DNA of 34,033 nucleotides from an uncultured Thermoplasmatales archaeon (GTDB lineage Archaea > Thermoplasmatota > E2 > DHVEG-1), in assembly GCA_964517155.1 (NCBI GenBank), contig CAZFAZ010000036.1:1-34033 (forward strand). Direction: 5' to 3'. The notes below the pieces were generated by a model that was not told the origin of the DNA, did no database searches, and saw only the letters and a list, made by a program, of their open reading frames with translations. This document shows positions 9,344 to 17,853 of this stretch, piece by piece. How positions within the stretch are numbered: the first letter of the stretch is position 1; every line of letters starts with the position of its first letter. The translations under genes and the position numbers were made by a program.

Positions 9344-11068
9344 ATTAAAAAGAACATTACAATAGTACTAATCATTTTTCTATTAAGTGTTTTGTGTTTA
9401 CAAAACATAAGTATTGCTTTTAATACAACTTACGAAAAATTAAAAGAAAACGAAAAAATATTTTCTATTTCATCTGAACTACCTAGCTATTTTAGTTGGA
9501 CAGATATAGATGGAGTTGATTTTACAACACCTATCCGCGCACAACAACCCTATTCAAGCTGTGAAGCATTTGCATATGTTGCAGCACTAGAAGTAATGGC
9601 TCATAAAGAGATAGGTTATCCTTTTGGCTGCGATCTTTCTGAAGCACACTTATATTTCTGCAACGGGGGCAATACTGGTTGGGGAAGTTACCCTGAAAAT
9701 GGAACAAATTTTTTAGTAGAATATGGTGTTCCTGATGAAGCATGCTGGCCGTATCCTAATTATTTAGATGAAGCAGAGATGTTTCCCAAGAATACAACAT
9801 GTGCTAACTGGCAGGAGCGAGTTGTTAAAATTAAAAACTGGAGTTATTTACCCCCTGGAGATATCAACGCTATAAAAGAAGCACTTGTAAATAACGGGCC
9901 GGTTCCTACGCATCTTCATTCCTATCAAGATTTTGGATATTACAAAAGTGGTGTATATCAACATAAATGGGGTGATACCTCAGGTCTTCATTGTGTTTGC
10001 ATAATGGGATACCAAGATGATGAAAGTATTGCTTCAGGCGGTTACTGGATTGTTAAAAACAGTTGGGGAACTCATTTAAGATCAGGTCGCCCTTGGGGTG
10101 AAGACGGCTGGGTAAGAATTGCATATGGCGAAGCAAGTATTGAAGAAATGGCAATATTATTTGAAGGAGTATACGGTCAATTTCCTATACTATATGTCGA
10201 TGATGATAATGTTGCAGGTCCTTGGAACGGCTCTGAAGAGTATCCTTATAAAACAATATCTGAAGCGATAAATAAAGCCTATGACGGTTGGACTGTGTTT
10301 GTTAAGAACGGAACATACACTGAAAATCTAGTTATTAATAAAACAATAAATTTAGATGGTGAAAACCCGGAAACCACAATTATTGATGGAAATAACAATG
10401 GAATTGTTATATATGTTCAAAAACCAAATGTGAGAATCTCAGGATTTACTATTCAAAACTCTGGCTCAAAAAGACTTGATTCAGGTATTAGAACACTTAC
10501 ACTTCAATCAGATTTACTTGTTAAAAACTGTATAATAAAGGATTGTGATGTTGGAGTTTATTTGAATTGTGTAGATTTTGATATATATACTCAGACTAAA
10601 AACACTATTATAAATAACACTATAAAAAACAACAATATAGGAATTTTTACAACCTGGGTTCAAAACAACATAATCACAGATAACAAAATCTACAATAACA
10701 AACTACATGGAATTGAAATGGAAGCAAGTAAATATTCTATTATAAAAGATAATGAGATTTATAATAACAAAGAAATTGGAATTTATCTTCACGGCCATTG
10801 TGATGAAACAGAAATTTTTTCCAATCTGATAAAAAATAACTCTAACGGCGTAATTATAAAAGAAACAAATAACTGTATAATACAAAAAAACAATTTTGTT
10901 GATAACACAGAGCAAGCAAGTTTTATCAGATCACGTGCAAATAAATGGAACAGTAATTTTTGGTCTGATGCAAAAGGGATACTACCTTATCTTATTAAAG
11001 GCACAATTAATTTTAAAAATCTTCCTTGGATAAACTTTGATTGGAGACCTTTAGTTGTTCTAATCTAA
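9344..11068 (+). CDS. Secreted papain-family (C1A) cysteine peptidase fused to a right-handed beta-helix (NosD/pectin-lyase-like) domain
   Basis: QQPYSSCEAF (catalytic Cys), DLSEAHL, HCVCIMGY (His), WIVKNSWG (Asn), then YVDDDN...TISEAI and Asn/Ile-rich beta-helix repeats. The start is extended from TTG 9392 to ATT 9344 to complete the signal peptide (inferred). Confidence 0.85.
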   Translation: MKKNITIVLIIFLLSVLCLQNISIAFNTTYEKLKENEKIFSISSELPSYFSWTDIDGVDFTTPIRAQQPYSSCEAFAYVAALEVMAHKEIGYPFGCDLSEAHLYFCNGGNTGWGSYPENGTNFLVEYGVPDEACWPYPNYLDEAEMFPKNTTCANWQERVVKIKNWSYLPPGDINAIKEALVNNGPVPTHLHSYQDFGYYKSGVYQHKWGDTSGLHCVCIMGYQDDESIASGGYWIVKNSWGTHLRSGRPWGEDGWVRIAYGEASIEEMAILFEGVYGQFPILYVDDDNVAGPWNGSEEYPYKTISEAINKAYDGWTVFVKNGTYTENLVINKTINLDGENPETTIIDGNNNGIVIYVQKPNVRISGFTIQNSGSKRLDSGIRTLTLQSDLLVKNCIIKDCDVGVYLNCVDFDIYTQTKNTIINNTIKNNNIGIFTTWVQNNIITDNKIYNNKLHGIEMEASKYSIIKDNEIYNNKEIGIYLHGHCDETEIFSNLIKNNSNGVIIKETNNCIIQKNNFVDNTEQASFIRSRANKWNSNFWSDAKGILPYLIKGTINFKNLPWINFDWRPLVVLI

Positions 11069-11158
11069 AGATTCTTATTTTCAATTACACTAAAAATTGC
11101 TTTTAAAAAGGTAAAGTTTAAACCCTATGAGCATCATATATATTATGGTGGGTGGGTA

Positions 11159-12100
11159 ATGGAAGAAAATGTTTCCAAATTAATTCAAAGCATGGGTAAA
11201 GATGAAATTGAAACACTTCTTGATATTTATTATACTCATGAAGAAATTGAAAAAACTGACTCTGATATTTTATCACTAATTGATAAAAATCTTGTATCAA
11301 CAAAAGTTTTACAAGGTAAAAATCTGCTAAGTCTTACAAATGAAGGTTTATCTGTTTGTGGCAGCGTGATGTTTCAAAGGATAAATGAAAACAAAGAAAT
11401 TTTTAAAGAAAAAATAAATGATTTGCCCCCGCAGGGTGTTTCATGTATCATTAATAGGATTATGTTTAAAAATCCTATAGTTAAAGAATCAGGTTTAATC
11501 GATCCGTTTCATGAAACATACGGTCTTGATGAAAGTCTTTGGTTTGAAAGAGTGCTGCTTAAAGATACAAGGATAACTGTGTTACTTGATACGCTTTATG
11601 GTATTTTACAAGATGTTGGTCTTGTAAAAAACATTAATGGAGAGAATTGGTGTACACCTGAAGTTGAAAGTTTTTTAAAAAAAGATTTTGGAAATACTAT
11701 GGATTTATCCTGGATGCAGGAAGATTCGCTTAAGTATTATTACTTTTTTTATGTTTATGCTCAGGATCAGAAAAATATTATTAATTTTAAAGGTAGCGGA
11801 GAGGAATACCGCTCTATGTTTTTAGGTGAAAATGCAGCACCTGTAGATTACTGGTTTTCATCTAATAGATCTGATCCAAAGAATTTTATTGCAAACCTTG
11901 GTCTTGCCGAGCCGCGGGTAATTGAATTTTTAGATGAAATGCAAGAGAAAGGCTTCATCTCTGAGCGTTATTATCCATTTTCTTCGTTTTCATTTTTCAG
12001 TGATGAAGATACAATATATGTGATACAGGATATAAAGAAATATATGCAGTTTTGTTATAGCAAGTTTCTTGCACCTGTTGTTGATTCGCTGCTGTCTTAA
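11159..12100 (+). CDS. Hypothetical protein, possibly with winged-helix elements
   Basis: 313-aa ORF with GGTGGG upstream; SLIDKNLV...LSLTNEG resembles a wHTH wing; no family recognised. Confidence 0.6.
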   Translation: MEENVSKLIQSMGKDEIETLLDIYYTHEEIEKTDSDILSLIDKNLVSTKVLQGKNLLSLTNEGLSVCGSVMFQRINENKEIFKEKINDLPPQGVSCIINRIMFKNPIVKESGLIDPFHETYGLDESLWFERVLLKDTRITVLLDTLYGILQDVGLVKNINGENWCTPEVESFLKKDFGNTMDLSWMQEDSLKYYYFFYVYAQDQKNIINFKGSGEEYRSMFLGENAAPVDYWFSSNRSDPKNFIANLGLAEPRVIEFLDEMQEKGFISERYYPFSSFSFFSDEDTIYVIQDIKKYMQFCYSKFLAPVVDSLLS

Positions 12101-12187
12101 AATAATAATTTTTTCAATAAATTGTAGTATTCGCTGAGTCTTCTGTATGATATTTTAGTTCTATTGATATTGTGCATATTTTTTATT

Positions 12188-12210
12188 TTATGCATTAATT
12201 TTGTGCATAA
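12188..12210. promoter_or_regulatory. Palindromic operator-like site TTATGCA-N9-TGCATAA with extra TGCAT half-sites
   Basis: Perfect 7-bp arms about 30 bp upstream of the ATPase ATG; further TRTGCAT copies at 12171 and 12221. Confidence 0.45.
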
Positions 12211-12241
12211 AGTTAATAAATATGCATGTCTATTAAGTATT

Positions 12242-13561
12242 ATGGATGAAAGACACAGACGTCTGCTTGTAAAGCAGAATCCTTGGTGGAAAAACGAAAA
12301 AACATCGCTACCTGAGTTTGAACGTGACCTTCTAAAAGAACTGCTCAAGTACCTAAAATATAAACAAATACTAGCAATAGTCGGATTAAGACGAGTAGGA
12401 AAAACAATCTTGATGAAACAAATAATACAAAAATTACATGCGCCAAAAAACAATCTCTGTTACATATCATTTGATGATATTGACTTCCAGAAATACACAA
12501 TCGCAGAGGATCTTATCAATTATTTCTTAGAATTCTCAGATAAAACAAAAAGTAGATACCTTTTCTTAGATGAAATACAGAAACTTCCCCACTGGGCAGA
12601 TCTTATAAAAACATGCTATGACACTGAAGAAAATCTAAAAATTATTCTATCTGGTTCTGCTAGCCTTGAAGTAAACCTTGACAAAGAAACACTGGCGGGA
12701 CGAATACTCACGTTTCATTTGCCGACTCTGACCTTTAAAGAATACACAAGATACTTTAAAATTGAGAATAATGTAACATCAGATGAATTTATTCGAATAT
12801 ATGACCTTAATTTTGCCAGCAAGAAAGAACAATATAATGATTTATTCAAAGAATATATTATCAAAGGTGCATTTCCTGAGTTACTAACTGTAAGTCTTGT
12901 AGAAAAAGATTACATCAAAAAATACATCAAAGAATCAGTTATAGAAAAATCTATAGTCGATATTTCACGTCTCACAAAAGAAGATGAACATATTATATAT
13001 GATCTTTTTAGATTACTGGCAAATGGCAATGCACGATTATTTGAGATATTAAATATTTCAAATATACTTAAGGTTAACAGAAATCGCATATCACAATATA
13101 TAAACCTACTTGAAAAATCATTCTTATTAAAAATTTCATATAACTATACTGCAAGTGTCGCCAAACAGATAAGGGCAAGTAAAAAACAGTATACTATTCA
13201 CAGCTCATTGGTAATTGCATTACTTGACTATCCTTTTGAAGTAATTAACACAGAAATCATAGGACATCTTGTTGAAAGTGTTATAGCAAATGTATTAGAG
13301 AAACCATCCTTTTGGAGAACACCACAAAAAGATGAAGTTGATTTTATCGTAGATCAAAAGTTACCAATAGAAGTAAAATACAAGTCACAAATAACTAACG
13401 ATGACTTAAGATCACTGCTAAAATTTTGCAAAAAATTTCACACAAACAAAGCGATTATTGTCACCAGAGATTTACTCGAAAAACGCAATATTGACAACAT
13501 AGAAGTAATCTTTATCCCGGCCTGGTATTTTTTACTATGTTGGGGTTCAATAAAGCTATAA
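12242..13561 (+). CDS. AAA+ ATPase (AAA_14/COG1373) with DUF4143 and C-terminal PD-(D/E)xK-like domain
   Basis: QNPWW, Walker A GLRRVGKT, Walker B FLDEIQ, SGSAS, LAGR, GAFPE and C-terminal EVDF...PIEVKY; ATG at 12242 preferred as start. Confidence 0.9.
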   Translation: MDERHRRLLVKQNPWWKNEKTSLPEFERDLLKELLKYLKYKQILAIVGLRRVGKTILMKQIIQKLHAPKNNLCYISFDDIDFQKYTIAEDLINYFLEFSDKTKSRYLFLDEIQKLPHWADLIKTCYDTEENLKIILSGSASLEVNLDKETLAGRILTFHLPTLTFKEYTRYFKIENNVTSDEFIRIYDLNFASKKEQYNDLFKEYIIKGAFPELLTVSLVEKDYIKKYIKESVIEKSIVDISRLTKEDEHIIYDLFRLLANGNARLFEILNISNILKVNRNRISQYINLLEKSFLLKISYNYTASVAKQIRASKKQYTIHSSLVIALLDYPFEVINTEIIGHLVESVIANVLEKPSFWRTPQKDEVDFIVDQKLPIEVKYKSQITNDDLRSLLKFCKKFHTNKAIIVTRDLLEKRNIDNIEVIFIPAWYFLLCWGSIKL

Positions 13562-13746
13562 AAAATACAGTATTTATTAAAAATTGCTTAAAAAATATTC
13601 GCCTCTTAAATAACAAAATTGTTATTTTACAGACATATATTTTAACAGATAAGTTTCTAAATATTTTTGTTGATTTGCTACTATCTTAATAAATAAACCT
13701 TTTTCTAGTTTAGCAGTTGCGAAAGCAACAAAAATAGGTTTATTAT

Positions 13747-14004
13747 TCATCGTAATTTCACACCTGAGGATTTAATTTTTTCTATCATCTCAGGATTCCA
13801 TGTCCAGATTATTTTGTTGTCGTCGTCTATCATGATTTTACCGGATTCTTTTAGATAATCTATTATCATGCAGAATGTTTGATACATTACTTTTTTTGGC
13901 AAAGCTTTCCATAGTTCTGTTTTTTTTGGATAATTCATTTTTTGGATTGTTTCTTCTACCATTAAGATTGTATCTAGTTGCGGGTAGTGAATCTTTTTTG
14001 TCAT
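13747..14004 (-). CDS. Small winged-helix-like protein (85 aa)
   Basis: MTKKIHYPQLDTILMVEETI...KTELWKALPKKVMYQTF..IIDYLKESGKI reads as helix-turn-helix plus wing; ATG at 14004. Confidence 0.7.
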   Translation of the reverse strand: MTKKIHYPQLDTILMVEETIQKMNYPKKTELWKALPKKVMYQTFCMIIDYLKESGKIMIDDDNKIIWTWNPEMIEKIKSSGVKLR

Positions 14005-14328
14005 TTCAACAAACCTATTATATATATTTATATAACTATGATATTTAAGGTTTTTGTTTATATTTTGCATATTTATCAAAAACATATTGAAAAAACTCCA
14101 TTATATACGTAAAGAGGGGAAATTGAAAGTATTAATAAAAATTCAAAAATATATATTGTAATATTATAATGTAGATATTTTGGCGTTCATTATGCTTCTT
14201 GCTTACGTCTAAATAATATTTTTAGGTCATATTCTTTCTACATTTTACAAAGTATTTTTATGTTATAGTATTGGTTTTTCTGGTTATACAGCAAAAGTTT
14301 TGCTATATAAGCTTGTCTTTTTATCATT

Positions 14329-14407
14329 TTGACATTCTAACTAGAAACGTTTAAATACCAAAACTTGACAGAATATAACATGTCAATATATGACAATGGA
14401 TGGTGAG
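14329..14407 (+). promoter_or_regulatory. Archaeal promoter (BRE-like GAAA, TATA TTTAAATA 14350-14357) with TTGACA-N10-TGTCAA operator and SD GGTGAG
   Basis: TTGACA at 14329 and 14365, TGTCAA at 14381, TGACA at 14391; GGTGAG at 14402-14407 precedes ATG 14415. Confidence 0.55.
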
Positions 14408-14414
14408 AGAAAAT

Positions 14415-14498
14415 ATGGAAAAAATAATGGTCATAGGAGCTATTATCTCTTTGGGCACTATTTCATATGGAATATGTCCTCAATTATTAAGTTTATAA
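14415..14498 (+). CDS. 27-aa hydrophobic small peptide MEKIMVIGAIISLGTISYGICPQLLSL (not in the ORF track)
   Basis: TATA box, SD GGTGAG 7 nt upstream of ATG, and a downstream hairpin. Confidence 0.5.
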   Translation: MEKIMVIGAIISLGTISYGICPQLLSL

Positions 14499-14500
14499 CC

Positions 14501-14533
14501 TAGCATCTAAAGTTGTAAAAATAAATGATGCTA
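14501..14533. terminator. Inverted repeat TAGCATC...GATGCTA between the convergent sORF and Lrp gene
   Basis: 7-bp perfect arms at 14501-14507 and 14527-14533. Confidence 0.35.
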
Positions 14534-14563
14534 AATTAAGTATATTTGTTTAATTATTCGTTG

Positions 14564-15532
14564 CTATATCTCTGGTAACCAACGTTCTTTATGAATTTTT
14601 TCGAATATCCAAAAGTTTTGTTTTTTAATTACGTTAGGAAACTTAGCATTTACCTCATCCATAATCTGACCTAACTTATCGACATTTTCAGTTATAATCT
14701 CAAATTCCAAATCACACCAACCAACCGCCACATTTAATGTATCACAATAAGCTTTTTCTTTTAAATAATCCCAAATTGCTCTTCTTGAACCATAGTTCCT
14801 TAAGTAAATCTCAAGTTTGTAATGTTGAAGTCCTAACTTAGATATATCAACATTTACTCGAAATGCATTAATAACACCATTTTTAATTAGATTTTTTATA
14901 CGATAAGCAACTGTCTGTGAAGAACACTTTAATTTTTCTGCCAGATCAATAAGAGGAATTCTTGCATTTATTGCAATTTCGTTTATTAAATCATAATCAA
15001 TCAAGTCAATTTCAATTGTTTTAGTCATACAAGCAGTTCGGTACATTAATCGATTAGATTCCTTACATTCTTCCAAAAGATATGATTTTTTATAATTAAA
15101 AGCCTCAACAAATATTGAAATAACATATTTTGCGAAATAATCTTGGTATTTGTCAAGAGTTTTACTCCAGAACTGATAAAATTCATAGACATCCTTAACC
15201 CACACAACAACATCAAAATCTATTTCTGCTTTTAGTGAAATTACAGCCCAAACATTTTTATATTCAACAAAATGTTGAATTATTTTATTTTTAATATCTG
15301 AGCTAACATATTGGAAATTAATATAAATTCTATAAACATGATATCCTAACTTAAAGGTATTGATTGCTGTCCAAAAATTCTTAATAATTCCTTCATCCTG
15401 CATTCTTTTAATTCTATAAGCTACTACATCTTTTTTCAACCCTACTTTTTTACCTATTTGAGTATTTGATTGTCTACAATTTAAATCAAGCTCATATAGT
15501 ATTTTTCTATCTTTAAGATCAATTTTAGTCAT
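14564..15532 (-). CDS. Tandem (double HTH-RAM) Lrp/AsnC family transcriptional regulator
   Basis: Two repeats: DLKDRKILYELDLNCRQSNTQIGKKVGL..VAYRIKRM and DLIDYDLINEIAINARIPLIDLAEKL..TVAYRIKNL, each followed by a RAM-like domain. Confidence 0.92.
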   Translation of the reverse strand: MTKIDLKDRKILYELDLNCRQSNTQIGKKVGLKKDVVAYRIKRMQDEGIIKNFWTAINTFKLGYHVYRIYINFQYVSSDIKNKIIQHFVEYKNVWAVISLKAEIDFDVVVWVKDVYEFYQFWSKTLDKYQDYFAKYVISIFVEAFNYKKSYLLEECKESNRLMYRTACMTKTIEIDLIDYDLINEIAINARIPLIDLAEKLKCSSQTVAYRIKNLIKNGVINAFRVNVDISKLGLQHYKLEIYLRNYGSRRAIWDYLKEKAYCDTLNVAVGWCDLEFEIITENVDKLGQIMDEVNAKFPNVIKKQNFWIFEKIHKERWLPEI

Positions 15533-15638
15533 ATTATCTATAGCTTGTAATTTTCTTTGGGTTATTTTATTGTTTGTATTTTAAGAATAAAAACTTTAGT
15601 TAAATATATAAGTAAACAAAGTATTTTTAAATAATAGG

Positions 15639-17534
15639 ATGCACACGGAAAACAAAAAAGTTTTACTAATCTCTATGCCATTTGCGGGGGTTGATATACC
15701 ATCTATACAACTTGCAATATTAGAATCATATCTAAAAGAAAGAAACATAAAAATAAAAACATTACATCTCTACCTTAAAGCTGCAGAAATATATGGTCTT
15801 ACAAACTATTTTAACTTGATTTATCCTCCAAATGACTCATATACCGCTCAGATTATTTATTCAAAATATCTTTTCCTAGAACACTTTAAAAAGAACAAAG
15901 AAAAATTTAAAGAATATTTTCATAAAAGTCATGAAAAACTTAGTTTTCAAGAATACTTAGAAAAAACAGATGTTTTTTACAACTGGTTTTTTGAAAATAT
16001 AAATTGGCAAGAATTTGACATAATAGGTTTTAGCTTAAATTATGGACAATTTTTACCATCACTTTCATTTGCAAAAAAAATAAAAGAGACAAACCCTGAA
16101 AAAATAATAATTCTTGGAGGTAGCAGAACCACCGGTTTAATTGGCGAAAGAGCTCTTCAAACCTTTGACTTTATTGACTATATCGTATCTGGTGATGGTG
16201 AAGAGCCGCTTTATAATATTTCAACTCAATCTGAAAACTTAAGACAAATACCAGGTCTTATATATCGCAAAAATGGCAAAATAATATCAAATGGTATCAA
16301 CAACACCACAAATATTAATGATTTACCGATACCATCGTTTGATTCATATTATGTTGAATTAAAAGATGTTTCTCCAGATATACAGCAATTCTTTTCTTAT
16401 GCTGGAAAACTACCAATTGAAATATCAAGAGGCTGTTGGTGGAATAAATGTAGTTTTTGTAATTTAAACCTTCAACATAAAAGATATCGTGAAAAAAATG
16501 TTGAAAAAATAGTTAAAGAAATAGATTTTTTATCAAATAAATATAAAATGTTAAATTTTCAAATAATTGGCAATACACTACCTGTAAAAGATCATAAAAT
16601 ATTATGTAAAAAAATTATACAACTTAAAAAAGATCTCACGTTTTTTGCAGAAGCAAGAGCAGATCACCTAAAAAGTGATGATTATAATCTACTCAAAAAA
16701 GCAGGTTTTAAAAATATTCAAACCGGTATAGAATCCTTTAGTTCGAATTATCTTAAAAAAATGAATAAAGGCACAAGAATAATAGATAATATTGCAGCAT
16801 TAAAATTTTGTAAAGAAAACAACATAAAAAACAGCTATAATTTAATAGTGGGCTATCCAAATGAAGAAAAAATTGATTTTGATGAAACAAAAATTAATAT
16901 TGAATTGTTCAAAAAATATCTTGAGCCACCGAATCTCTGCCAATTTAGGTTAGTTTACGAAAGTCCGATTCATTGCAACCCTATTTTATATAACATAGAT
17001 AAAATAGAAAATACAACAGTTGACAAAATTATGTTTCCTCAAGAAATTATAGATAAAAAATTTAATTTTGTGTTTGATTTTAAAAGAAAAAATGAAATAG
17101 CCGAAAACCCTTGGAAAAAACTAGTATCAAATTGGAAAAATACATATGAAGAGCAAAAAACGTTGAGCGTAAAACGAAATACCGAGCTTGAAGAACTAGT
17201 CTTTTATTTCAAAGACGGTGGCAATTTTATAAAAATATATGATAAAAGACATAGTGATAACGCAATGATTTACATGCTCAACAGTGATGAAAGAAAAGTG
17301 TTTTTAGCATGTAGTAATGTTATATCAAAAACAGAGTTGCAAAACAAATTTGAAAATATTAGTTTGTCTGAACTAAATGATATGCTAAATAGTTTTGTAG
17401 AAGCAGGAATTCTTTATAAAGAAAACGAATGGTACCTATCACTGCCAATCAGCTATCAAAAATATTATAATAAAGAGCCAGATAAAAAGACTGAAGATAT
17501 CGAGGAAATCAGGGAATATATAAATAATCTGTAA
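15639..17534 (+). CDS. Cobalamin-binding (class B) radical SAM protein resembling RiPP-maturation C-methyltransferases (TIGR03975-like)
   Basis: N-terminal VLLISMPF...PSIQLAIL, B12-domain DIIGFS...IILGGS...VSGDGE, rSAM EISRGCWWNKCSFC (CxxxCxxC), QTGIESFS..LKKMNKG, YNLIVGYPNE and a C-terminal wHTH/PqqD-like extension. Confidence 0.82.
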   Translation: MHTENKKVLLISMPFAGVDIPSIQLAILESYLKERNIKIKTLHLYLKAAEIYGLTNYFNLIYPPNDSYTAQIIYSKYLFLEHFKKNKEKFKEYFHKSHEKLSFQEYLEKTDVFYNWFFENINWQEFDIIGFSLNYGQFLPSLSFAKKIKETNPEKIIILGGSRTTGLIGERALQTFDFIDYIVSGDGEEPLYNISTQSENLRQIPGLIYRKNGKIISNGINNTTNINDLPIPSFDSYYVELKDVSPDIQQFFSYAGKLPIEISRGCWWNKCSFCNLNLQHKRYREKNVEKIVKEIDFLSNKYKMLNFQIIGNTLPVKDHKILCKKIIQLKKDLTFFAEARADHLKSDDYNLLKKAGFKNIQTGIESFSSNYLKKMNKGTRIIDNIAALKFCKENNIKNSYNLIVGYPNEEKIDFDETKINIELFKKYLEPPNLCQFRLVYESPIHCNPILYNIDKIENTTVDKIMFPQEIIDKKFNFVFDFKRKNEIAENPWKKLVSNWKNTYEEQKTLSVKRNTELEELVFYFKDGGNFIKIYDKRHSDNAMIYMLNSDERKVFLACSNVISKTELQNKFENISLSELNDMLNSFVEAGILYKENEWYLSLPISYQKYYNKEPDKKTEDIEEIREYINNL

Positions 17535-17663
17535 AAAAACTGATTTTTATTAATTATTCCTACAATCGTAATCAAAAACTAGGTATTTTAGAATTTTGTA
17601 GGATTTTTTAGATATGGGGCTTTATGTCTTTATAACAAATTACTATTCTTGAGGCAAAAAAAG

Positions 17664-17852
17664 ATGAAGGGAACAAATGGCCTAGAAAATGAAAGAATGC
17701 TGATGGATGGTTGCATATCCAATTGCATAACTATATGCGAAAAAGGTATTTATTCAAACATTTTCTGTCACAAAAAAGCTGAAAAAACATCAAAATTAAG
17801 GGAGGAAGAAAAAATAGCTCCAGAGATAAAATGTATAGGAGGTATGAAATAA
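17664..17852 (+). CDS. 62-aa Cys-containing small peptide, candidate precursor or leader
   Basis: GAGG 9 nt before ATG 17664; MKGTNGLENERMLMDGCISNCITICEKGIYSNIFCHKK...KCIGGMK; the stop is 1 nt before the next ATG and the ORF end holds the next SD (GGAGGT). Confidence 0.55.
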   Translation: MKGTNGLENERMLMDGCISNCITICEKGIYSNIFCHKKAEKTSKLREEEKIAPEIKCIGGMK

Positions 17853-17853
17853 T

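Noticed and set aside
12164..12241. N-terminal extensions given by the ORF track (12164, 14085, 23840, 27203, 33948, 7312, 6273)
   Set aside because: The extensions run through AT-rich promoter DNA; family-like sequence begins at the downstream ATG in each case.
14114..14161. Mini-ORF MKVLIKIQKYIL after GAGGGG
   Set aside because: Only 12 codons, TTG start and short SD spacing; indistinguishable from chance or a remnant.
14365..14390. TTGACA as a bacterial sigma70 -35 element
   Set aside because: The context is archaeal, and the hexamer is one arm of an inverted repeat downstream of a TATA box, so it is better read as an operator.
15639..17534. GDGT ring synthase (Grs) or tetraether-lipid enzyme assignment based on the neighbouring GGR genes
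   Set aside because: The SMPF..PS and SRGCWW signatures fit RiPP-type B12-rSAMs better; not fully excluded without a phylogeny.
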